Positions 55,951 through 64,000 of a DNA stretch of 64,000 nt are shown piece by piece (within the stretch, counting starts at the first letter, position 1; each line of letters starts with the position of its first letter). Made by a program: the position numbers and the translations under genes. Where the stretch lies: NCBI GenBank assembly GCA_963726255.1, contig CAVSBL010000002.1, positions 1,760,001 to 1,824,000 on the forward strand. Direction: 5' to 3'. The stretch comes from Candidatus Bathyarchaeota archaeon. Its GTDB lineage: Archaea; Thermoproteota; Bathyarchaeia; 40CM-2-53-6. The notes under the pieces were generated by a model. The model saw only the letters and a program-made list of their open reading frames with translations, ran no database searches and had not been told where the DNA came from.

Positions 55951-56186
55951 TGCCAGACTCTCAATCGCGCTTTGAGAGCTAAGCGATAACTTATCGGAAT
56001 TGCTTCGGTATTCTGACGCAGTAGACCGCAAGAAATCCTAGTGATCTCAGCCTAACTGTAGCTGGTACGTTCCGGTTAGGCTCATCGTCCAAGTTAGATC
56101 TGCGTAGAGTGGAAATCATTTGTGTGGCATGTTTTCACGACTGATATTGAGTAGTTTAATGTTTAGCTGTCTCACCCGTTGCAGGC

Positions 56187-57563
56187 GTGGCAAGCAGGAG
56201 CGATATGAAATTGGTTACTGCCCTAAGGTATGTTGACCGAAATCGAGCTGAATACGTTTCACGAACGAAGAAATCCAAGGAGCTGTATGAGCGAGCCTGT
56301 AAAGTTATTCCTGGCGGGATTTCTGCCAACGCAAAAGCGGTTCTTCCTTATTCCATTTTCATGGACAAAGCTAAAGGAAGTAGAGTTACTGACGTGGATG
56401 GGAATGTCTACGTAGACTACTGCATGGGTTATGGCCCGCTTATCCTAGGGCATAGGCATCCAGAGATCCTCAAAGCTGTATATTCACTCTTCGAGGAACA
56501 TGGCACATGGCACTTTGGAACGCCTACTGAAATGGAGCTGAAACTGGCGGAGAAACTGTGCCGTGTGATTCCTAGCGCTGACATGGTGCGATTCACTAAT
56601 TCCGGCAACGAGGCAACTATGATGGCGGCAAGGCTTGCTCGCGCATACACGAAGAGAACGAAGATTGGACGATTTGAAGGCCACTACCACGGGTGGAACG
56701 ACTTCGCAGCCATCAGCTTTAACCCATCCCTCGACAGCGTAGGGGCCAGAGAATCGCCAAATCGGGTAATTCAGTCAGCAGGGCTGACTCCTGGCGCAAT
56801 TGAAGACACAGTAATCTTGCAGTTCAATGACGTCGACATCCTTGAGAAGCAGCTGAAACTACACAAGGACGACTTGGCTGGAATAATAATTGAACCTATC
56901 TCGAAAGCATTCTTGGCAACTGAGCCTGAGTTCATGAAGGTTCTGCGAGAACTAACGGCGCGTTATGGAATCACGCTAATTTTCGACGAAGTCATAACCG
57001 GTATGCGGGTCGGTCTGACGGGAGCGCAAGGATACTACAATGTTAAGGCTGATCTAGTCGCAATGGGAAAAGTGATCTCAGGAGGATTTGCAATGGGTGT
57101 CATTGCGGGTTCTGAAGAAATAATGAAATTGGTATCACCAACCGAGCCGGTTGAGCGTCGAATCTTCCACAGTGGAACATTCAACGGCCACCCTGCAGCC
57201 ATGGTTGCAGGCCTTAAAACCATCGAGATACTTGAAACCACAGACGCATATGAGAGAGCGAATGGCGCTGCCGAAAGACTCAGAAAAGGATTACAAGAGA
57301 TCATCAAGGACAGACGTGTGGATGCTCAAACTTTCGGAGTAGCCTCAACCTTCCACATATTGTTCACAAAAGATGAAGTCAGGTGTCATCGTGATGTGAT
57401 GAAATCCGACATGGATAGACTTCTCGCATACTATTATGGAATGTGCACTAAAGGGTGCTTCGTTCTACCTAGACACGCCTGCTACACCTCAGCCGTTCAT
57501 ACCAACGAAGACGTGGAAAAGACCTTGGCCGCAGCAGATGAAGTGATCAAAGACCTCAGGTAG
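56187..57563 (+). CDS. Class III aminotransferase, glutamate-1-semialdehyde aminomutase-like
   Basis: DYCMGYGPLILGH, RFTNSGNEATM, FDEVITG.R, MGKVISGG and HSGTFNGHP. Confidence 0.88.
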   Translation: MASRSDMKLVTALRYVDRNRAEYVSRTKKSKELYERACKVIPGGISANAKAVLPYSIFMDKAKGSRVTDVDGNVYVDYCMGYGPLILGHRHPEILKAVYSLFEEHGTWHFGTPTEMELKLAEKLCRVIPSADMVRFTNSGNEATMMAARLARAYTKRTKIGRFEGHYHGWNDFAAISFNPSLDSVGARESPNRVIQSAGLTPGAIEDTVILQFNDVDILEKQLKLHKDDLAGIIIEPISKAFLATEPEFMKVLRELTARYGITLIFDEVITGMRVGLTGAQGYYNVKADLVAMGKVISGGFAMGVIAGSEEIMKLVSPTEPVERRIFHSGTFNGHPAAMVAGLKTIEILETTDAYERANGAAERLRKGLQEIIKDRRVDAQTFGVASTFHILFTKDEVRCHRDVMKSDMDRLLAYYYGMCTKGCFVLPRHACYTSAVHTNEDVEKTLAAADEVIKDLR

Positions 57564-57582
57564 AGGGAATCAATCAGGATTA

Positions 57583-59304
57583 CTAATATGTAGGAACGCC
57601 GGGGAACATCTCCTCGCTAAGCCTGCGTTCCGGTCCAATCGGCGCATACTCTCTCTTGTCGGTGATCACGTCAACCACCGCTGGTTTACCGCAATCGAAG
57701 GCCACACGGATTGCCTCTCCTAGTTCGCTGGGCCTCTCCACCCGCACGCCATAACATCCAAAACCTTCAGCGATTTTGGCGTAATCGACATCGCCGAAGT
57801 CCGTGCAGCATATCCATGGCGGCTTTTCGTTTTTCCAGTCTTCAAGTTGTGGTCTGGCTTGGGCAAGGCTCGAATTATTGTTGACGAGAACGACAAGCGG
57901 TACATGTGCGTCGTTATACCGTCTGGCCGTCTCAAGCTCCGAAATGCAGTAGGCGAACCCGCCGTCACCTATCATGTTGAGAACTCTCTGATGCTCCTCG
58001 GCTGCAAAGGATGCTCCTATAGCAAGCGGAAAACTCGATCCTAACGTCCCGCCGCTTGAGAGGTATGTTCTCCCAGCGTTCCTTATCTTCAAGAGACGGG
58101 TAGTCCAGCAAATCGTTTGACCCGTGTCACTGACAACAATGTCGGTGGGCCTCAATATTTCGGATATTTCTTTGACAATTCGTTGCGGCTTTATTGGAAC
58201 CGCATCAGAGCCCATCATAGGTTGAATCGTGCTTTCGTACGCCTCTACCGCATCACTAATGACGTGCAAACGCTTTTTCCCATTGGCCTTCGCATCTACG
58301 CTTCTAACCGCCTTCAAGAGACCTTGCAAGGTTGCCTTTGCGTCACCAACAAGAGGCACGTCGGTCTTGTAGACGCGTCCTATCGAAATCGGGTCGATGT
58401 CAAGATGGATAATCCTAGATTTCGTCGGTTCGGGAGCGCTTAACTCTTCGGTCATGTGACGACCCGCTCTTGTTCCTGCAAAAAATACGACGTCCGCTTC
58501 ACGAACGATCTGGTTGGTCACCTCGCGACCGTACGTACCCACCACTCCAATCGAGAGAGGATGGTCTTCCGGGAAGCAACCCTTTCCAGCGTAGTTTGTG
58601 GCGACGGGTATTGCGAGTAATTCTGCCAGTTCCCTTAGCTCGTCGTATGCGCCGGATATGTGTATGCCTGATCCGCATATCACTACGGGATTCTCTGCAC
58701 CGGCTAGGAGCTTTGCGGCGTCTGCAAGCTTGCTGGACTCAGCCCTTGGCCTGAAAGGGGGGGCCCTGCGAAATGCCTCGTGCGTGTAGAATTCAGACAT
58801 TTCAGCTATCTTCTCCACGATGTCATTGTGCATATTGATATGCGTCGGCCCCGGGCATCCACTCACTGCAATCTGTGTGGCAGTCCGTATGTACTCGGGT
58901 AGCCTACTTACGTCGGTGACATCCACGCTGAACTTACATGTACCTTCGAAGAACGGCATCTCGAAGCATTCTTGAAAGCGCCACTGATCTTTTTCTAACG
59001 TCGGAATGGATCCCGTCAGAGCGACCACGGGGCTGTGCGCATACATTGGTTCATACAGAAGTGAAGCAAGGATTGCCGCTGCGGCTCCATGCTGAGCGAA
59101 GCATATTGAAGGACGATTTGTCACACGGGAGTAGCCATCCGCCATGCTACAGGCCCCCATTTCACTTCTGCAAAGAATCGTGTTCACGCCTTCGCCCTGG
59201 ATCGTCGGGAAGAGCTTAGCCATCGCACCTTCTACGTAGAAGAAGTAGTTGACGCCACATTCTCGTATTGCATGCGCGACTGCCTGTTCTCCACTCAACT
59301 TCAA
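57583..59304 (-). CDS. Thiamine-pyrophosphate-dependent enzyme (acetolactate synthase-like family)
   Basis: R.E..A..MADGYSR, GKG.FPE.HPL..G and the GDGGF...NNS TPP motif. Confidence 0.9.
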   Translation of the reverse strand: MKLSGEQAVAHAIRECGVNYFFYVEGAMAKLFPTIQGEGVNTILCRSEMGACSMADGYSRVTNRPSICFAQHGAAAAILASLLYEPMYAHSPVVALTGSIPTLEKDQWRFQECFEMPFFEGTCKFSVDVTDVSRLPEYIRTATQIAVSGCPGPTHINMHNDIVEKIAEMSEFYTHEAFRRAPPFRPRAESSKLADAAKLLAGAENPVVICGSGIHISGAYDELRELAELLAIPVATNYAGKGCFPEDHPLSIGVVGTYGREVTNQIVREADVVFFAGTRAGRHMTEELSAPEPTKSRIIHLDIDPISIGRVYKTDVPLVGDAKATLQGLLKAVRSVDAKANGKKRLHVISDAVEAYESTIQPMMGSDAVPIKPQRIVKEISEILRPTDIVVSDTGQTICWTTRLLKIRNAGRTYLSSGGTLGSSFPLAIGASFAAEEHQRVLNMIGDGGFAYCISELETARRYNDAHVPLVVLVNNNSSLAQARPQLEDWKNEKPPWICCTDFGDVDYAKIAEGFGCYGVRVERPSELGEAIRVAFDCGKPAVVDVITDKREYAPIGPERRLSEEMFPGVPTY

Positions 59305-59386
59305 CTAATCTAGCGCCGCTGAGGAAGTATCGTTTCACAGAAAAATAGTTTCTTTCAACGGCCTTTCCAAGTGTTCGTTTTTACGT

Positions 59387-60520
59387 GTGACCTGTGTAAG
59401 TAGATGTCAGGTGTCGGAATTGGGTGGACCTGGATATTTGCAGAAGGCGCGTGCGCGCGACCTTGGGATCCCTTTTGAAGGAAGAACGGGTTTGCTGAAT
59501 GCGATCACCGATGTGGTCGGTGTCGAAGTGGGCCATACCACTCTCATCTCGGGCGATGGACCGCTCAAGATGGGTGAAGGTCCTGTGAGGACCGGTGTTA
59601 CGGTAGTATTGCCGCGAGGCAAGGAATCGGACGACCCGACTTTTGCAGGTTGGTTCTCTTTGAATGGTTGTGGGGAGATGACCGGAACCACTTGGATTGA
59701 AGAATCAGGGTTCTTGGAGGGACCGATTGTGATTACGAATACCCACAGTGTCGGAACTGTACGAGACGCGGTTGTCGCATGGCAACTGAAACACTTTCAA
59801 AAAGGAGTGAACCCCTTCTTTCTACCGGTCGTCGCCGAAACCTATGACGGTTACCTGAACGATATCAACGGATTTCACGTAAAGGAAAATCACGTGTTTG
59901 AAGCTCTGGACGGAGCCATGTCTGGACCCGTGGCAGAGGGAAATGTTGGAGGGGGGACGGGCATGGTCTGCTATGAGTTCAAGGGTGGCATTGGGACAGC
60001 ATCGAGGAAGTTGGACGATAGGGCTGGCGGCTTCATTGTGGGCGTCTTGGCACAGTGCAATTACGGTGGTAGAGGTCAGCTGCGAATTGCAGGGGTTCCC
60101 GTGGGTCTTGAGATTCCTGAGAACACCATTCATGTCGAAAACAGCGGATCGATAATAATTGTCATCGCGACTGACGCGCCGTTGCTTCCACACCAATTGA
60201 AACGATTGGCTAGGCGAGCTTCAATGGGAATCGCAAGGAATGGCAGCATCTCAAGAAATAGCTCGGGAGACCTATTCATCGCCTTCTCCACTGCAAACCC
60301 TAGATGCACGAAATCGCTGGAAAGTACTGATGTCACCATGCTTCCTAATGAACGACTAAATCCCATGTTCGAAGCATGCATTCAGGCAGTGGAGGAAAGC
60401 GTGATTAATGCACTCGTTGCAGCAGAGACAATGACAGGAATTGATGGCCGCACGGTGATCGCAATACCGCACGACCGTCTAAGACAGGTCATGAAGAAAT
60501 ATAGTCGACTGATGAACTGA
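59387..60520 (+). CDS. dmpA: DmpA / peptidase family S58 (P1) aminopeptidase
   Basis: RARDLGI, NAITDV.GV.VGH, LNG.GEMTG, EGNVGGGTGM, the GSII autocleavage site and SGD.FIAFST. Start may be TTG at 59438. Confidence 0.9.
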   Translation: MTCVSRCQVSELGGPGYLQKARARDLGIPFEGRTGLLNAITDVVGVEVGHTTLISGDGPLKMGEGPVRTGVTVVLPRGKESDDPTFAGWFSLNGCGEMTGTTWIEESGFLEGPIVITNTHSVGTVRDAVVAWQLKHFQKGVNPFFLPVVAETYDGYLNDINGFHVKENHVFEALDGAMSGPVAEGNVGGGTGMVCYEFKGGIGTASRKLDDRAGGFIVGVLAQCNYGGRGQLRIAGVPVGLEIPENTIHVENSGSIIIVIATDAPLLPHQLKRLARRASMGIARNGSISRNSSGDLFIAFSTANPRCTKSLESTDVTMLPNERLNPMFEACIQAVEESVINALVAAETMTGIDGRTVIAIPHDRLRQVMKKYSRLMN

Positions 60521-60799
60521 GTGGGAATTAGAACAATCTGAGACTTCAATTTCAGGGCAACGATGGTTTTTCAGCAAGTCCGGCAACTATCATCGTGCCG
60601 TCTCGCTTTGAAAGGTCCCTGAGTACTTGCGTAGTCGAACCACTTGGGATTTTTTCAGCTACACTCTCAAGCTCTCTTCGAGTTCAGCAATTATAGCTTG
60701 TTGAGAACTTTCTGGAATCAATTATTGACCTACAATATCCATCAGATTTGCTTATATGGCTGTAAAGTCGTCCTCCGCGTGAAATCGTGAGATGCTCGA

Positions 60800-61915
60800 T
60801 TGAAGTCGATACCGCACGTCAAGGTTTTGGATCTGGAAGGGCCCCCACGGGAACGGGGTCAGGTTTACGGTGAGACTCTCAAACCAATGATCTTGCAGGC
60901 TATCGAGGCGTGGAAAGCAAACTTGCGAAAAGCTGTGGGAACGGACCCGGATCACTATATCGAACGCTTCCTCGCGGAAGCTGATCTAGTCGCCGCGGTA
61001 AGAACCTGGACTCCGCATCTGTTGGATGAAGTGAATGGCATAGGCGAAGGCGCTGGTGTAGATTTTAACAGTATTTTTGCGTATCAGTGTCCAGATGAGG
61101 AATGGTGGTATCGGATATTTGAGAGGGGTCTCGGCTTAGAATCACTTATCCATAGCCATTGCAGCGTGCTTGGATGCTTCAAAGAAGATGGGGCTCCCAC
61201 CCTGTTAAGCCAGAATATGGATCTGCCTAACCTGTATGATGGGTATCAAGTTCTTCTGCACATTAGGGATTGGAAATCGTCGGCAGAATCTTATGTTTTT
61301 GCAGTTGCAGGAATCATGGCGCTTTGTGGTTTGAACAGTCAGCCAATCGGTATATGCGTCAATACTGTACTCGATCTGAACCATGTTAAGGGCGGCTTAC
61401 CAGTAGCTTTCATAGTTCGTCGGCTTTTGGAGTGTTCAACCCTGGATGAGGCCATGAACTTCATTATGAAGATTAAACATGCTTCTGGCCAGAACTACAT
61501 GATCGCGGACGCGGAGAGAGTTGTTGATTTTGAATGTTCAGGCAACAAGGTCTGCGAATTCGAACCTTACAAGGGAGCCCATAGGCTTTATCACACAAAC
61601 CACGCGCTCGCAAATGACGATCAACGTGCCTCCGCCGCACAAGTGGTCGAAGAGAAGGAACCATTAACCCGCAGCAAAGCAAGGTTCAGTTTTCTTGAAA
61701 GGGAGCTTAGTGACCGATCCAAGAGCATTGACGTGAAGACAATCCAGTCTATCTTAACTTCTCATGAAGTACCTGTCTGCATTCACGATAACCATGACTC
61801 CAATGGCGTTCACACGTGCGGGTCTCTGGTAATGTCCTTATCCAGTACACCGGAACTACAGCTTGCCGTACAGCCCCCATGCTCTAGAGGATATGAAACG
61901 TTTCGTTTCTCCTAA
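60800..61915 (+). CDS. Peptidase C45 / acyl-CoA:6-APA acyltransferase-like Ntn hydrolase
   Basis: G.P.ERG..YG, the HCS nucleophile site, QNMD, GLNS and HTNH. Confidence 0.85.
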   Translation: MKSIPHVKVLDLEGPPRERGQVYGETLKPMILQAIEAWKANLRKAVGTDPDHYIERFLAEADLVAAVRTWTPHLLDEVNGIGEGAGVDFNSIFAYQCPDEEWWYRIFERGLGLESLIHSHCSVLGCFKEDGAPTLLSQNMDLPNLYDGYQVLLHIRDWKSSAESYVFAVAGIMALCGLNSQPIGICVNTVLDLNHVKGGLPVAFIVRRLLECSTLDEAMNFIMKIKHASGQNYMIADAERVVDFECSGNKVCEFEPYKGAHRLYHTNHALANDDQRASAAQVVEEKEPLTRSKARFSFLERELSDRSKSIDVKTIQSILTSHEVPVCIHDNHDSNGVHTCGSLVMSLSSTPELQLAVQPPCSRGYETFRFS

Positions 61916-62010
61916 AGCTCCAACGCGCCAATCCAAATCGCTCCTCAACGCATTTTTAGAGGCTTTGGGCTTGGTGATCCAATTTCGTATACTCCGTTCG
62001 GCTGCAACGC

Positions 62011-63411
62011 TCACAGGGATGGTCTTCGGTTACGAAGTTCGGGGGTGGCTTTCTCAAGAGCAAAGGCCAATTTGAGAAGTTTAGCTTCGCACAGTCTTGG
62101 TGCCATCAGTTGGACGCTGAGCGGTAACCCCTCAACTGAATAGCCATATGGAAGAGTTATAGCCGGTATTCCCGTAATATTTCCTAGCAGCGTAAATCGT
62201 ACGCAACAAGACCTGATGTCCATCCGCTTTGAACCAACTGTGACCTCTTCTTCACCAATTCTGGGCGCAGAGATCTGTACTGAAGGCGTGACCAGAAAGT
62301 CTGCACTTTGGAAGAGAATCTCGACCTCTCGGCGTATAACTTCACGACCTCTCAAAGCCGCGATGTACTCCGATCCTGTGATTTTCTGGCCTGTTCTGAA
62401 ACGATTGATTACATTGGCACCGTATTTGTCGGAGTGTTCTTTCAGTAGCTCTGAGTGTTGGGCAGCAGCTTCAGCCAAGAGTAGTTTCGTCGCGGTAGGT
62501 TCAATCAGACCAGCTGTCTCAAAGCTCCTTTCAACGATCTCTCCTCCCAGATGCTCAATTCTTGAAACAGCGTCTTTGTAGGCTGCTTCAACTTGAGAAT
62601 CCATAAATTCCGGAATCAAATCTGGACATGTCGCAATGCTAGTTCCCTCGATCGAGTCGCCGATTTCTTGTGAGAAAATGGGGGGCGGAGTCATAAGACT
62701 TCTTGGGTCAGCCTCATCAAATCCCGCTAATGTTTGCAGCATGATCGCGCTGTCGGTAACAGATGACGTTATGGGTCCAACGTGATCCATTCCGATAGCA
62801 AGTGGAAAAACACCTGCAGTGCTTACTCTGCCATATGTTGGTTTCAGACCTACGACACCACAGAAAGCCGAAGGGATCCTGATAGAGCCGCCTGTGTCGG
62901 TTCCCACAGCGGCGGCACACAAGAAGGCGGCAACAGCCGCCGCCGACCCGCCGCTGGAACCTCCCGGTATCCGATCCAGTGCCCAAGGATTTCTAGTCGT
63001 TCCATAATGCAAGTTATTGGTTGTAACGCCCAGCGCGAATTCAGCCGTATTTGTCTTGCCGAGAATTATCGCACCGGCTTGATTCAGGCGCAACACAATA
63101 GTGGCGTCTCTCTGCGGAACATTGTTTCGGAAAATCGCCGAGCCATACGTCGTTCTGATTCCCGAAGTATCTACAATGTCCTTCACACCTATCGGGATAC
63201 CGTGAAGCGGTCCCCTATACTTGCCTGCTCGGATTTCATCTTCAGCTATTTTCGCTGCACGCCGAGCGGCTTCGGCAGAGATTGTCACGAACGCATTCAA
63301 CTTCGTATTGATTTTGGCTATTCTGTCAATGCAATACTCAACAGCCTCGACTGGCGATATGTCGCCTTTTTCAAGAAGGTCTGCAAGTTGAGCTATTCCA
63401 AGAGACATCAT
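62011..63411 (-). CDS. Amidase signature family protein
   Basis: GPLHGIP.GVKD, GKTNT.EFA, GGSSGGSAAAVA and GTDTGGSIRIP. Confidence 0.93.
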   Translation of the reverse strand: MMSLGIAQLADLLEKGDISPVEAVEYCIDRIAKINTKLNAFVTISAEAARRAAKIAEDEIRAGKYRGPLHGIPIGVKDIVDTSGIRTTYGSAIFRNNVPQRDATIVLRLNQAGAIILGKTNTAEFALGVTTNNLHYGTTRNPWALDRIPGGSSGGSAAAVAAFLCAAAVGTDTGGSIRIPSAFCGVVGLKPTYGRVSTAGVFPLAIGMDHVGPITSSVTDSAIMLQTLAGFDEADPRSLMTPPPIFSQEIGDSIEGTSIATCPDLIPEFMDSQVEAAYKDAVSRIEHLGGEIVERSFETAGLIEPTATKLLLAEAAAQHSELLKEHSDKYGANVINRFRTGQKITGSEYIAALRGREVIRREVEILFQSADFLVTPSVQISAPRIGEEEVTVGSKRMDIRSCCVRFTLLGNITGIPAITLPYGYSVEGLPLSVQLMAPRLCEAKLLKLAFALEKATPELRNRRPSL

Positions 63412-63641
63412 ATGCGTAACCTACAGATGGCACACAGGATCGCGATTTGAAGTTGTTTGAAAGACAAAAGTGTCGTACAGCGCAGTGCATGATTCGAGAC
63501 TAAGAGCCCGCGAAACCTGTTCACTAACTCCTCACATCCCTCAAGAGCTACGTCCGCATAGCTCTCGACAAGCTCGACTGCCTCGTTCAATAATCGTACA
63601 GCAAAGATAAATCCCATATGCCTCAAGCCCAACAAGGGGGT

Positions 63642-64000
63642 TTGTTGACTCTCCGCAGCTACGTTGTGGCACGCGTGCTATTGACGGTACCAATGGTTTT
63701 GTTGCTTCTAACGCTCGTATTCATCATTCTAAGAGTGATACCCGGCGATCCTGTCCTTCTGCATTTTGAAAAGTCTGCGAGTCCAGCGGCCATGGACGCG
63801 ATGAGGCATGAACTGGGAACTGACAAGCCTCTGATCAACCAGTACATTGACTATGTCTGGGGACTGCTTCACGGGGACATGGGAAAGTCCATGATAGATT
63901 ACTCTCCGGTGTCGCAACAGGTTATGTCCGCTTTTCCAGCCACATTGGAACTAGCAATATACTCGACGGTTTTTGCAGTCGTGTTAGGCATATTATTGGG
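63642..64000 (+). CDS. ABC peptide/nickel transporter permease DppB-like (runs off window)
   Basis: Manual translation LRSYVVARVLL...LRVIPGDPV...LGTDKPLINQY..Y...LLHGDMGKS...FPATLELA. Confidence 0.88.
   Translation, partial: MLTLRSYVVARVLLTVPMVLLLLTLVFIILRVIPGDPVLLHFEKSASPAAMDAMRHELGTDKPLINQYIDYVWGLLHGDMGKSMIDYSPVSQQVMSAFPATLELAIYSTVFAVVLGILL

Noticed and set aside
56187-57563. Assignment as hemL
   Set aside because: The family motifs fit, but there are no tetrapyrrole genes nearby and the context is catabolic; left as a GSA-like paralog.

Overview
Archaeal chromosomal segment from a TACK-type lineage, most consistent with Bathyarchaeia or a relative (inferred from PolD DP1/DP2, Elf1, TBP, Cdc6, PAC2, CofC/CofD and many TTG/GTG starts). 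The core is a replication locus: DP1, cdc6, an ORB-containing oriC, three putative DNA-binding proteins around a GTGATG/CATCAC palindrome array, elf1, and DP2 carrying a LAGLIDADG intein. Accessory content includes an ECF importer with a class III aminotransferase, an arsenic cluster (acr3, arsM, arsR, arsC, plus arsN2 elsewhere), three KaiC/RAD55-like proteins (two apparently inactive, one of these membrane-anchored), a four-gene DUF6754-type membrane cluster, cofD/cofC with a RibU-like S component, and an amide/peptide catabolic block. The strongest unexpected signal is a 30-nt stop-containing insertion in glyA. It folds into a bulge-helix-bulge whose predicted endonuclease cuts restore the conserved YAEG motif exactly, making it a candidate archaeal mRNA intron. 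Other notable signals are dispersed tRNA-3'-end-like recombination-site repeats bracketing accessory genes, a duplicated gene 3' end delimiting a 2.3-kb insert, and several unannotated micro-proteins. No complete tRNA, rRNA, CRISPR array, transposase or integrase was recognised. All calls are from reading the sequence; no searches were run.
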